The notes under the pieces were generated by a model that saw only the letters and a program-made list of their open reading frames with translations, had not been told where the DNA came from and did no database searches. A DNA stretch of 63,965 nt, filler included, from Jimgerdemannia flammicorona (taxonomy: Eukaryota), in assembly GCA_003990765.1 (NCBI GenBank). It is 2 parts of 2 records of this genome, joined end to end, with 100 filler letters (N's around TTAATTAATTAA, not from the genome) between each part and the next. Parts side by side here need not be neighbours in the genome. Positions count along the whole stretch, not along the records: positions 32,070 to 63,965 come from RBNJ01000372.1; 1 more part is not named here. One strand, written 5' to 3'. Positions within the stretch are counted from its first letter, which is position 1, and each line of letters starts with the position of its first letter. A program made the position numbers and the translations under genes. Below are positions 48,857 through 62,419 of the stretch, piece by piece.

Positions 48857-51800
48857 ATGCCTCTCGCCGTAACACACCAAGAGCCCGGCTGGACCAACTT
48901 GCGCGCTGATGCCACTGATTTGCTCAAGGACGCTTCGGCCCTCAAGGTCTATAGCGCCGTTCGCGAGCTCGTCGCCACCGCTGATCCCGACGTTATCGCT
49001 ATGCTGTGCGCCGCTTTTCTCTTCGCTCTCGACGGCCACAAGCTGACAAAGTTCCCCGATGAATCGCGTGTCTGGTACGTCGTGGCCGAGACCCAGTACA
49101 CCCTTGCCGTTACGGGACTAGAGGAGCCCGCGGACCCACCACCGGACATCAAGAAGAACATGGGAGGCGAGAACGCATTGCTTGAGCAGAAGGAGTTAGG
49201 CGTCACGGAGGGACCGGAAAAATATGCGGGAAAGGAAAGGGGACCTGCTGGCACAGCAAAAAATTTGCAGAACCGGCCTAATTCGAGTGCGACACCCAAA
49301 AGTAGTGGACCAGTGGCGAAGGTGATAACGAAACCCGCCAAGTACAAGCCAGGACCGAAATTATACTCGCTGAGATCGAAGGGGCCCCCGCCACCGTTAC
49401 AAGCAAGGAAGCGGAAGGCAGGGAAACAGGTGCCGAAAATATTACCAGCAGAGAAACGGCTTGCGGTCGATGATAATGGTACACGTCTTCATGTTTTATT
49501 GCGTTCTCGGTCTAGTCTTCACGTTACGGTTCTGCTTAGATGCACATTCATTTTACTATATTGAGCTTGTTTCATTTTGTCTTATGTTTCTTCATTTTCT
49601 TCGCTATCCAAATCGCATCTTCACCTCGGGCCATTCCCCACCTCACTTATACACTCTCAGTTGTTATCGAAGTCGAAATCCCTAAATTCTCCCCTTTCAA
49701 AAAAGCCCGTCTGGAAAGCCCCGCCGGACCATCGAAACCCCGAGGAATACCCCCGAAACCTATATTAACAACATTCTTGAAGCGCTCCGCGCCACAACCG
49801 ATGCGCGGTCGCGCACGGGGGTTGAGAACGCCTTCAACACCGAGATCAAAACAAGTGGTGGGACCGCCGGAAGATCGCAAAACGCCAGAACAGTCTCCGG
49901 AGAGTTTTGCAAGGTTCTACTCGCCAGGGTCGGAAAGTAAGTTAGGAATCGGAACAGAAAACGGGAATGGATATTGATCTTTTTGAAGAAACGTCGTTTA
50001 TGAATTAGGATTTTAATTCCGCTACATACAACTATCGTTTGTTCCGTACACCTTCTACCATCCCGTGATCCACAGCCAACACCAAGGCCTCCCTTTTGAA
50101 CACGCCCCAACCGTTCTTTAAAGACGCCTCATTCCCGCCAGCACCACAACCAGTGCCCCCCCCCACATTTTATAGCCGTACTCAATCGTTAATCGGTCCT
50201 TCATTTCCAGCCTTCTCGGCGATTGCCGCGGATGACGCACGGGACGCACCGATGGCGACGAACGCGACTGCTGGACATGAGCGGCCGTGGTACGAGAACA
50301 CGGCGAGTGGTGATCAGGCCCAGATTGCTGCGACGCTGAACACTCTTTTCTCATCGGTGCCGATCACAAAGGCGAGCTCGGCGTCAACATTTGTGCACGC
50401 AAGACACACCACCTCCCCACCATCACCACTCACTCCATCATCTTCGCAATCGTTTCAACTTTCTTCTCCCCCGTCCACCATCGTCGCCGAAGCCCTCGCC
50501 CGGAAAATTTCTAGCCAGGCCAAGACACTGAACCTCTTGTTTCAAGGGTACGATAAGGAGAGAGACGAGGGGCATGGAGACGGAGAGGATCGTACGTGGT
50601 CCGGATCCACCGAACGACCGACCGTGGCGAGTTCGATCACACCTGGTCAGGTCCTGGCACAAGCACAGGCTGAGAAGCAGCGACAGCAGTATCTGGCAAG
50701 CATGGCGCATGCGTCATCGGACTCGTCGCCTGCTTTGTCAACGGCGTCGGTGGGGACAGGGGCGGAGACTGGGACGGAACAGGGCACTACGACGGGTGGG
50801 TAGTGTAAACATGTATATTGCATTGGTGCGTTGATATATGGGTCTAAACTTGCAAGCACTTATTGTCATCACATGCATAGCCAAGCCGGTGGTCGCTAAG
50901 CGGTGGTCGACAGAGGAGAATGCAAGATTACAACAGGGGCTGGTATATATCGTTTGGATATGTTGGTGTTAGTGAATTTATTGCTCCCAAAGCATCCAGC
51001 ATGTAAAATCTGGATTGTTGATCTTCTCTTTCCGTGTATGGTCATTCCCTACTATCATTCGTAGGAAAAACATGGTTTCGGCAAATGGAAGGCCATCGCT
51101 GAGATTGTCGGCACTCGCAATCCCGCGCAATGTGCAAAGCACGCACACAGGCTCCAGAACCCCGACGTGTCGAGCAAAAGCCACAGCTTTGCCGAAGCCA
51201 CTGCGGGAACCAACAATCTTTTCGGCGCCGCGAACGCTTTCCCCGCCGATTCACCCACGTCTACCTCTTCTCTTCTCGATCATGCTGACACCGGCGCTGC
51301 GAGTCTCGAACGTATGTCATTGACCCATCAGCTGTTGGACTCGAACGAGCGAGACGGGCATGGCCATTTGGAGGAAGACGACGCTGATGACGTTAACGAT
51401 GATGACGATGACGAGGACGAGGGCGAGGACGAGGGCGAGGACGAGGACGAGGACGAGGACGAAGACGAGGACGAGGACGACAAGATAGCGGAAATTGTAC
51501 GGGACGCTGTGGCGCCCGCATCATCGGATGTGGCGATGGGAGCCGTGACAATGTCGAACTCTTCGCTGCATGGGATCGGGATCATGGACCACACCCAATA
51601 CTCGGTCCCCAGCATCGACCCTTCGACCATATTGGGCCAAAGCCATCACTCGCAGAGGATGGACACGTACGCGCCCACCCATGACGTGGCGTTGCAGGAA
51701 GCGTACCAGAACATGCCATTACATATATCTCACACGACGCACCAGAGCGGCAGCAGAAGCACATTGTATTCGGAGAATACGGTGACTTCCACGACTTCAG

Positions 51801-52294
51801 GCGGGCAAGGATTGCAACAAATGCCCGTGAGGCCGGTGCAGCAAGTGCAGATGACGCAAAATGGGGGTACAGTCGTGGGGTCGAATCTGGGTGTAATGAG
51901 GGGTACGGACGCGTATTATGGGAGCGGGAGTGGGTATCAACAACAGCAGCAACCAACGCACGAATTTCGTGCGGTTGCGTACATCCCCGCCACGCACCCG
52001 TCTTCGTCGTCTTCGTCTCCACACATTCAAACACACCCCATCTCATCCACAACCTCTGATTCCACGCCCTACTACTCCGTTCCGTCCATCCCCTTATCCC
52101 CAACAACAACCTTCCAATTCTCACCGCCAAACATCCACATACAACCCGGGGGTTTTTCGCAGCCATCGGAGCATGAGGTTATGTACAACGAGAACTATGT
52201 GCTTGAAATGTATCCAGATCAGAAGCAAGGTGGCAACGGGGCTGGGGATCGAGAAAATGGGTCACGCATTGGCGGAGGAAGCGGGTTGTTTTGA
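48857..52294 (+). CDS. Hypothetical multi-exon low-complexity protein (helical N-terminal domain, basic NLS-like patches, acidic tract)
   Basis: Collinear plus-strand exons (about 48,857-49,478; 49,661-49,937; 50,075-50,798; 50,881-50,941; 51,065-52,294) with GT/AG ends. RKRK and KKARL motifs, and a D/E run at 51,370-51,482. Could be two genes. Confidence 0.6.
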
Positions 52295-52568
52295 ATGTAA
52301 TTGTTTGGTTTTCCTTATCTTGATGTATATATACATACAAATACATATATACATACAAATATATACCCTTTGGGTGCCCAGATCTGGCGATCTGATGTAT
52401 TGTGGCTTTGTGTGACTTTTTGCATGTGCGCCTTTCTCCTTGTACCCACCCATCCCAACACATCCTCCTCCCCTTCTCCCCCCTTTCTCAACTGTCAGCG
52501 AGATCCCTGCTCTCGCTGGCTAAAGCCTCTGCTTTGCTGACGACAAACAGATAACCCTCTCCAAACCC

Positions 52569-55316
52569 ATGCCAGAAACCACAACTATGACCGCCTTAGC
52601 AACCAATCCGGCACCCACCAATTTCGATGAGACTCAGGCCACCACCGCCGGGCCCGACACTGCGGGATCCAAAATCCCGACCATTAAGACAAGGGGTATG
52701 CAATTCTCTCCTTCACTCTCTCCATCGGATCCTTCCCCATTCATTCTACATCATTCCCGTCCTGACCTTCCCCGCCCCTTGCAGCGAACAACTCCGCCAC
52801 AACCAAACGCTCGTCGGCCCGTTCCGTCTACGCGGCTTACACGACGCCGGCGCTAGTGCTACATCCGCTGAACGACACGTTCGCGCAGAAGACACTCGAG
52901 TTGTACGACAAGCAGCGGGTTAAGGTCGGGAGGCAAACCAGTGCCAAGACTTTACCTGGGCCGACGAACGGGTACTTTGACTCCAAGGTGCTGTCGAGGA
53001 CGCACGCAGAAGTGTGGAGCGAAAAGGGGAAGGTGAGTGGCTTAGAGCTGGGACTGAGTTGCTGGGTGGATGCAGTGTTGCGAAGAGGGATCCTAATTGG
53101 CCTTCGATACTGGCGATTGTCCTGCTCGGAAGAAATTTGGGTCGCTCCAATTCATTCGTTATATCTGAATCCTCAACAATCCCAAACCATCGTGAACAGG
53201 TCTTCATCAAGGATGTCAAATCAAGCAACGGCACCTTTCTGAATGGACAACGGCTTTCGGCAGAGTGCGAGGAGAGCGCTCCGTTCGAACTGAACCAGGA
53301 CGATTTGCTCGAATTCGGGATCGATATCATGAACGAGGATGGATCAGGTACGTAAATGCGGTGACGGATTTTAACTTCATTTCGTTCAGGTTTCCTGGTA
53401 TGCCGGAGTTGGATACGGGATTGACGCCTGAATTTTTTTTCTTCTCTTTTTTTCCATACGATTTTCTTAATGCAGTGCTGTATCACAAGGTTGCGTGTAA
53501 GATTGGGATCGTGCCGGCGAGTCTTGATGGTGTGGCGAATGGTGGGATTCCTGGGGCGGCGGCGATGGGAAAGGATTTCGATTTTCGGGAGGTAGGTTGG
53601 GGTTAGATCGATGAAGCTGGTTTTTGTTTTATCTGGGAAGCTTTTGAGAGAGAGGGGAAAGGGGAGGGAGGGTAGACAATGTGTTGTTATACGGGAAAAA
53701 CACTGCATACCTGCGTAAGTTTTGAAGGCAAAGAGGGAAAACGAGAGGATGTAACTCTGGCATAGAAATCTGAATCCATGCAATCCTTTCACAATGTACA
53801 TTTTCAGGGGTCTTACCGGCCCTTCCCGCAACCGACCTCCGGGTCCTTGAGCAAGACTGCCTCACCTGGCGACTCTCTTTCGCCAACGCCGTCAATGTCT
53901 GCGTCGTCGCGTGCGAATAAGAACGCCGTTAGTGTGGAGCTTTTGGTCGCGAAGTTGCAGGTATGTTTTTTTTTTTTTTTTTTTTTTATGAGTGAGGGGA
54001 GGAGACTATGGGATAAGTATTGTACATTTTCTTTTTATATCAGCGCGTTTTTTCTCTTCCGAACTGAGCTTTTTTAGACAGCGTGACCCCATTCTGATAA
54101 ACCCTTTAAATTCCCTTCGACTTATCCAGTCGGAACTCCAAAAATCGGTCGAGCTCGGTTCCGAGATTGTGACGGTGCGGGCAATGGTAGGGGAAATGGA
54201 GCATGTGTTAAGCGATGAGAATCTGGAGCGATCGGTGAGTGTCGATTTGAGGATCTGTATAGTTGGGATGGTGCGGGGATAGGAATAAGATGCGATGGAA
54301 AGATAAGGAAAATTCGGTGAGGGCTGGAATGAACTGTGCAGGGTATAAGATGATCGGATGAATGGTGGGAATGAATTGGGGAGAGAGATAAGTGGAGGGG
54401 TATTCTGGGCGATGCAATTTGGCAATGTGTGGTGTTTGTGCGTTTACTGGTTATCTGTTTGTTTGCCATCGTTTCTTCGCTAACCATACCAAACATCTTA
54501 TGACCCTCTACTGCATATCCAGTCCGCGAGGATCACATCTCTCCTCCGCCAGCTTCACGACACACGCTCGCAGCTCGCGCACTACATTGACAAGCATCGC
54601 GCCACGGAGCACCTCCTCGCGACAGCGCAGCAGGAGATCGTTGCGGTGCGCGCGCTGTCGGCCACGCAGTTGCGGGACCTGGAACGACGGCACCGGGAGG
54701 AGCGTGACGCGGAGCTGGAGAGGGTTCGGAAGGATCTCGAAGCCGAGGTGGAGAGGCGGGTGAGGGAACGGTGGGAGAAAGAGGGCGGGAAGGGAACGGG
54801 TGGAAGGAGCGCAAGAGATCCGGAGGACGATTTTGAGGTTGTGAACGGACCGCCCGGGTCACCGGCTAGAAGGCGGAGGAGAAAAAGCAGGATCATGCCG
54901 GGGACGTTGCAGGTCGAGGAAGAAGAGGTGGTGGACGGGAAGGGGTTGGGGATCGCGGTTGGGTTGGAGGGAGAAGCGACTGGGAGAGGGGTGGGGGGGA
55001 TAATAGAGTTGATTAAGGTGGGTTGCGTCAATCTATTTCTATTCTAGTTTATGTGTGCATTTGGGGTGTGAGAGAGAAGGGGATGGATGGATGGTGAGAG
55101 AATACTATTCCAGTATTTATTCTTTTCCAGCTCGCTGCATTTTGGCTCTCCTTTATGAAATCATAACCAATGGATGCAACCATCCTCTTTTCTGTCACAT
55201 TCCAATCACAGGCCAACGCGCTTCCTCTCATCTCAGCGAGCGTCATGATTACGGCAGTCGGGGCGTATGCGGTGCTGAAGCGGGCGATAATGTCGGTGGG
55301 TGCGGAGGAACTATAG
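52569..55316 (+). CDS. VPS64: FHA-domain, coiled-coil, tail-anchored protein of the Far9(Vps64)/Far10/SLMAP family (STRIPAK component)
   Basis: VKVGRQT...TNGYFDSKVLSRTHAEVW|VFIKDVKSSNGTFLNGQRLS...DLLEFGIDI|VLYHKVA is the SLMAP/Far9-type FHA. Coiled-coil exons follow, and the last exon (55,212-55,316) encodes a TM anchor (LPLISASVMITAVGAYAVLKR). Confidence 0.88.
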
Positions 55317-55609
55317 GTCGGAGGGGGGAATTTTTGAAGTAGACGGCGGTATATGAGCATATGGGTTTCATTCGGACGTGTAGAAAAAGCAATAGCCAAT
55401 GATATACTATCGATATATGGCTTGTGACTTAAATAGCAAGTTTTTGGATGGTTTTGTTTCTTTCCTCTTCAGTTTGTACAATAAGAATAATACAATGGGA
55501 CTGCTTTAATGGGTGTGTGAAATGCCCCAAAAGCAGGAACCGACCAGAGGCTTAACTTCTCTCCGTCGATATTTCCTTCTTGGTCCATACTTCCTTCTCT
55601 CAACAAACA

Positions 55610-55850
55610 ATGGACGATCTCAATGGCCTCGTCTGGGGCTCACACCCCTCAAAACCCCAACACCACCCCACCAGCCCGCCGCCTCAACAACCCATGAACG
55701 CGACCGCAACCACAACCAGTCGCCAGCCGTCCACCTCGGGTTTCGGCGCCAGCGATCCCTTCAGAAACCTAGTTAACCTCGATCTCAGGAGCGCAGCAAA
55801 GCCGAACGATACTTCCGGCCTATCGCTTGACGAGCAGAGGCGACGCAAGC

Positions 55851-55895
<45 letters not shown>

Positions 55896-58800
55896 AGCAG
55901 CAACAGCAACAACCGTTGCAACCGACGTACTCGCCCTCGCTCTGGGGCACCCCAGCCTCCGCTGCAAACTCCGCGCCCGTCACCTCCTCCAGTCCGAACA
56001 ACACGCAAGACCTCCGCCCCCGCTTCGAGACGTTGCGGCCCCTCTCCCCGACCTCTACCACCACCGGGGCCCGTATCGCTCCACTCTTCCCCCCACCCTC
56101 CTCGTCCTACTCACCCCAGAGATCTTTCACCTCCCCGTCGACGCAACAGCACAACAACATTCTCCAACCCGTTCCTCTGCACAACAACCTGTCCACGTCT
56201 ACCGCCTCAAGTGCACCGCTCGACGACGATGTCTTCGGCTATCTGGTTGGGTCGGCGACGGGTGGCGCGGCGTGGGGAACCAACAAAATCGCCTCCAATA
56301 CGTCGTTGAATTCCATGTAACGTAGAATCGCGCTATATCATAAGTCCGAGTGCGACTTCGCTTTTCCTCGAAAGGTCTATGTGTGCTCAACACCACCCTT
56401 TCTTCCACTTGCGTTCGCGAAATCGATCAGGCGCTTTCAATCCACTGCATCCTCGGGCCCCCTCACTCCCACGCGGATTGGCGCCGTCGCCACAGCGTCC
56501 GCCTCGGTGGGAAGTCATTGGGACTTTGACCTATTGGCGGGAGGCGGGAAGGCGCCGGTACGTTGGCATGCGCAGGGTTATTTCTAGTATTTCTAATTGT
56601 TTGGATGAGAATTGAGTTGCTGCTTCCGAGAAAGAACAGACGTCATCACCAGGGTACCGGTTTGTCGATTGAATGCACCCGCGCTTCTAGAGCTCATGCC
56701 GTTTCATTGGCGCCCCCCCCCCTTTAACTTCACGTTTCGCACATGATATAGTCCGCATCCTCCACACCCTCCGCCACAGTACTAGATCCCTTCGACATGG
56801 ACATCTTTGACACCGCATCTCTGGGGGCTACCACACCGACTTTGCAACGCACGAATACCACTTCGTCTTTTAGCGACGACTTTGATAATCCTTTGGGAGT
56901 GCTGGCGGAGCCGGTCAGGCCCAAAGTATGCAGTTTAGGAGTTGCTGTCAGAATGGCGCGATTGTAATATCGTTATTTGGCATATCCATCCTCTAATATT
57001 TATATCCACTACACAGCCTGCCTCCCCCGCTGCTCCCACGCCCACCTTGACGACTTCCACCTCCACTGCCAACACCACCACCCAGCCTGATTCCACCCTC
57101 GACCACCTGATCGCCCAAATTGTAGATATGGGCTTCACCCCCGCCCAGGCGCGCACGGCCCTCGCCGCTACGCCCTCCGGACGAGACGTCGAGGCGGCGA
57201 TCGAGATCCTGATCCAAGATCGCGAGGACCTATCGGACGGCGACGACCGGCCCGCCGAACTGACACGCCGGAGTAGCGCTACCGGTAAGATCAACCGTCG
57301 CAACAGCAACAATAACAAGAATAAGTACACTGGGATCCGCGGCGCGGAACGCGAACGCCGAAGGATGATCGACGAGGACGAGGACGAGGGTGGCGTAGAC
57401 GGGTACACGACACCTGACAGCGAGGATGACGAGCACCTTGAGAGAAGGCGCAGTGGGAGGAGCCGCGTCCCCACTGAAGATCAGTTCGGCACCAAGACCG
57501 CGCTTGCCAGCGCCGTGCCGGGCACGGGAGGGTCTGTCGCGGGAGGCGGAGGAGGGGGCATGCTGGGTGATTTCGCCGCACGCAGGACCCAGTTCCTCAG
57601 GAGCCTGTCGTCGACCGTCGGCGGCGTGACAGCAGCAGCAAAGCCGCAGCAGGGTGTGCCGTCGTCGAACGCACCCGGACGGGCCGTTGATGCTCCTAAT
57701 GCCCCTACTGGCCCTGGTGGTTCGGAGGACTCGCCGCAATCGGTGGCGGCGGCGGCGGCGGCGGCGGCGGCAGAGGCGAGGCAGCAGGCGCTCAAGCAAT
57801 CCAAGGAGAAGCTCGTGGCTGGGGCGACGGAGTTGGGCGGGTTCCTCTATAAGGGGGCTAGCTCTCTAATCCGTGGAGGGAAAGAAAGGATCGAGAAAGC
57901 CATGGGCGATATGCAACCCGAGTCCGGGGAGGGGAGCGATGGGACCGGAGGGGTTGCCAGTACCGGCGGCAACCTTAGCGGGGGCGGTAGTGGGAGAAAG
58001 AAGGGGGGGATATGGGGCGGTGGGAGAGGAGGAGGAGGTGGTGGTGGTGCTGATGGATTTGACGACGAGGAAGGAGGAGGGGTCAGGGTCAGGGGCGGTT
58101 ACGAGCGATATGTGGACAGTTCGGATGACGATGATGAGGGCAGTGCACACAGACCATTCTGGAGTGATGATTTGGGGGGTGTGGAGGAAAAAGAGAAGGG
58201 AGTCAGTGCCAAAACCGGGAAGGAAAGTGTGGAGGAGGAGAAGGCGAGGCAAGCGCAAGCGCAGAGAGAGCGAGAGCAGAAGGCCAAAAAGCAGGATGTT
58301 GAATCTCCTTACGTCTCGCCCTCGAGACGGCGCAATCCCCCGCCGCCCGTGCCCTCCGCCGCAACCAAACCCTCCTTGTCGAGCTCGACGAGATCGCCGG
58401 CGCCACGGATCCCGCGTACCATCGTCCAGGCCTCGACCTCGCAGCTTTCGACTGCGAAGGCTCACCGAACTAAGGGCAACGATCTCTTCAAGCTCGGTCA
58501 GTTCGGCGACGCCGAACGTGTATATACCCTTGCCATCGACTCCCTCCCCTCGCGCCACGACAACCTCATTTTGCTGCACAATAACCGCGCCGCCGCCAGG
58601 CTTAAAAACGGTGACCACAAAGCATGTGTCGAAGATTGCTCGGTTTCACTCGACGTCATTACGCCGGATTGGGTTGCGGTCGCGGAGACCGAAGGCGGGT
58701 TCCGCGAGCAGGCCATCAAAGCCTTGCTGCGTCGCGCCACAGCATACGAGGCCTTGGAGAAGTACCGCGAGGCCAAGGGTGATTTCGAGAGCCTCATGAA

Positions 58801-59616
58801 GATTGATGGCGGCAGGAACAAGGCCGTTAACGATGGGCTCGGGAGGTGCAACAAGGCTATCCGGCTTGCCGAGTCCGGCGACGTCGACCAAAAGGTCGTA
58901 ACCCCCTCCGGGACACCCTCCCGACCGCCCGCTCTCTCCCCTTCGACGTCGACCTCGTTGAACCTGTTCGACCCGACCCCGCCCAACCCGGCCAACAACC
59001 CGTTCTCGTCGGCCTTCAACCCGTCAGCCTCCTTGTCCTCCTCCTCCATTGCCGCCGCCGTCAACCTGAACAGCCCAGCCGTCGCGCAGATCCGTGCACA
59101 GACAAGGCAGCAGGACGCCGAGGATGCCGAGCGCCTCAGGGTCAAGGATCAAGTCGACGCCAGGCATGCGGGGTGGAGGCAGGGCAAGGAGGCTAATCTT
59201 CGAGCATTGATCGCAAGTCTGGATTTGGTATTGTGGGAGGGGGCTGGGTGGAAGGGCGTCAAGATGAGCGAGTTGATTGAGCCGAGAAGGTGTAAAGTTG
59301 TTTATATGAAAGCCATCGCGAAAGTACATCCTGACAAGGTAGGGTCGGTTAGTTTACTATGAGTTTTTTTTTTTTTTTGCGGTTGGTCAGATACTGGTTC
59401 CACACGAATCATTGCCTAGCCCTTTTATTTAGCTTCAGCACGAATCATTCTGGCATTTTTTCTATACCATATTTAAAATCCCTTCCCATAACCTGACCGA
59501 CCACGGCCCTCTAGCTTCCCGCGAACACGACAGTCGAGCAGCGGTTGCTGGCCAACAGCGTTTTCAGCACGCTGAATGAGGCGTGGGAGTCGTTCAAAAT
59601 GCAGAACGGGCTGTAA
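55610..59616 (+). CDS. SWA2: Auxilin-like clathrin-uncoating factor Swa2 (DPF/NPF motifs, UBA, TPR, C-terminal J-domain)
   Basis: Starts MDDLNGLVW. UBA: IAQIVDMGFTPAQARTAL. TPRs: GNDLFKLGQFGDA...NNRAAARLK...KALLRRATAYEALEKY. J-domain: NLRALIASL...KVVYMKAIAKVHPDK|LP...FSTLNEAW. Stop at 59,614-59,616. Confidence 0.92.
55853..55912 (+). repeat. (CAG)12 plus CAA/CAG tail; coding polyQ microsatellite in the Swa2-like exon 1
   Basis: Encodes Q14-K-Q5. Confidence 0.95.
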
Positions 59617-62419
59617 AGGACGTGATGGCGGGTTGGGATAGTTGGGACTCTATATGTTAGATGGAGCGGAGATCAGCGGGATGATCATGGAGATTTATGT
59701 TTGCGGATGTTTCTGTTGCATGAAGTAGGTTCTCGGTTCCGGAAGGCCTTCGTTTTTGATTTGTGGTTTTGTTCTTTCGTCGTCCGTATATTTATATCTG
59801 ATGTATACTGAGCTTGTTGGGTGTGTAGAATGTACGCGTGAATGATGCTATCAGAGTTCTGGGGATGGCGGAGGTCGATACAACAACCGCCAGACCAATT
59901 TCTATGCTTGCACCCATCCTTTCTGTTCGAATGTCACATACACCCCAACTTTGACCCACAACCCTTATGATCGACGCTCTCGCCACCTGCCACGCTTGAG
60001 CTCGCTACTGCGACAATGCATCACCGTCACCACCTCTGCTCCGCTGGGCAGCGATCTCGACGTTGCTTATGGCCCCCGGCCAAAAATTGACATGCTGCTT
60101 CGAGGGATTTCAAGCAGGATCTTAACATTACAGAGCTTTCCAATAATATTCTATAACAGCAGATACTCGAAACAGATTGAATTTGAAGTACATTCTGGTC
60201 TGCAAAAGGAAAGGCCATTCTTTAAGTAATGCTCAAGCAACTATTAATATTATATATGTAATAGCAGATACTTAAGACCAAGATTTTAAACCTGGCTGCT
60301 CAAGTGGCCTTCAAGCAATATCTAAAGGAATGATATCTAAGTGCATGCGAGATTGTTGAAGTATATTTCTCCAGGCGCAACCCTTGGACCATACAACCAC
60401 TCAACATGCATTGAGCCACTTGAGCACCATTTCGATTTTTGGCCCCGACCGTGAAGTAGTTCTACCCCTATTTCCTATGTATCATACGCGAGTGCTCCGT
60501 CAATCGACTTTTTTTTGTTTTTTGTTTTTTGTTTTTTGTTTTTTGTTTTTTGTGGATGTATTATTTTGCAATGCGCTCATTTCCATTGAGTGGCTAAGTC
60601 CATTCAGAAATAACTTTCGCTATATAATCGCTGTTCAGGGTATGAAGCAGTGCTGTTCATTGATGAGGATTTTACTTTATTTCTATGCTGAGATTGTATG
60701 ACGGAGCCTTTAGTGCTGGAAGTGCCTGGGATGGATGGAGTTATCATATTATTCGAAGCTAGGACGAAAATGGGTGATAGAGTAATGCCAATACTGTTCT
60801 TGTTTTTACTTTTTTTCTTTCCAAAGGCGTTCGATTGTCTTGGCGCCAATTTAGCAGCACAGGCGCGCACGCATACGTATATCATACCCCTTGGCCGTTT
60901 TAACAACCATCGACCGGGATCTTTTTCCGAGAAATCCATTCCGGTTTTGTCCTTGTGTTTAAAACTCTCGACCTTTTTTTCTTCAAGCTGACGAGAATTC
61001 ATCCCTATAGTTCGTGGATGAGTTAGAAGAGATTGATTTCGTGGAAGAGTTAGATTTATTGGGAACTGTAGAAGTTTTGCCAATAAAGAAGAATCAGCTC
61101 AGGCCGTCATCGTCGTCGTTGTGAATGTCGCACCCTCATGTTAAAACCCGATGTGCCATTTCTCCGCGGCAACAGCGGCGCGGACGGATAGGCGTCCAGG
61201 TCGATGCGCGACAGCTTAGCGGACTAGGGAAAGTCCACGTTTGGCTAGCTCTGACTCGCTACGGGGACAAGGCGTCGTCGTCAGGTTTGGGGATCAGGAT
61301 GTTGGTGCGAGATAATTTGGTCGGATAATAAACGACAATTCCTTGTTGACAAAGAAAACTCGTCGGGATGCATGCCGATTCGCGGTGGGTTCCCTATGTG
61401 GTTATATTAATGAAGTTTTTGTCACGTGCAACCCTTTGAGGTGTCCAAAGGGAGAAATCGGTGAAGCATGTCTTGACAGCCTTCTTCACTAAATATCTTG
61501 GAAAATACAAATATACCAGACTCATGCCCGACATGATGTTTCACGATATGGCGCATGGATCATGCAATCGATGTTGAATCTGACAACATGTAATGTTGAG
61601 TAGGATTGGGGCCATGAAACACAAGAGTCACCGCACATTGTCAATGTGTACATATTGCATCAATAACACTTGACACGCACTCTCATAATTGAGTGACCCC
61701 TAGCCCCTCAACATGAGTCATGTTCAACGAAGCGTTTAATTTATCCCAAATTACCTTTTTTTTTTTTTTCTTCGGTTATAATTAGAAGAACTAATTTGAG
61801 GTTCATATTCTTCCTACAATGCCATTGACTGGAGTTGAGGTGGGCAGAATGGTCACGGGTCGTAATCCGTCAAGAACTCAAGATACGTATTATTTATTGG
61901 CCACCGCCGGAAACCCGCATCCTATTGTGAGTGGCCACCAGAGAAAGGATACTCTGGCGTCATAAACCAAAAACAAACTAATAGTTAGGCTAAGTTGGTT
62001 AAAGGGGGGTGGGGGGTATTCGGCTAGTGCCAAGACTCGATGGTGGTCTGTGAGCTACACGGCGATCTGGAGTTGCCATACCGACGACGCAAATCAAAAG
62101 TCGGCATTTTGATTGTGGCGCACCAAAAGCGGAAATGCTCCTGGGCCGTGAAACGTACGGAAATAGGTTCATGATCGGGATAGCCGCAAAAATGTCATTC
62201 AAATCCTTGTTCCCTTTTCTACAGAAAACCCCCCCCTGTCGTTTCGACTAGGGTATTACAATAAAGCAAATGTCTCGCTAGCACACTTCGAGGCTGTAGA
62301 TTCCTGCTACCAGATACCTTAACTCCTCACTCTCCTTACATCAACATATATCATTTTCTTCAATTCATCCTCGTACCATCATACGTGCTGCATCTGCATC
62401 TAGACATTCACAGTACATA

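Noticed and set aside
55684..56064. Poly-Cys, poly-Leu and poly-Ala ORFs
   Set aside because: They are antisense readings of the CAG repeat in the Swa2-like exon.
52569..59616. Functional cluster of the FHA/STRIPAK gene and the Swa2-like gene
   Set aside because: Adjacent housekeeping genes with nothing beyond ordinary gene density to link them.
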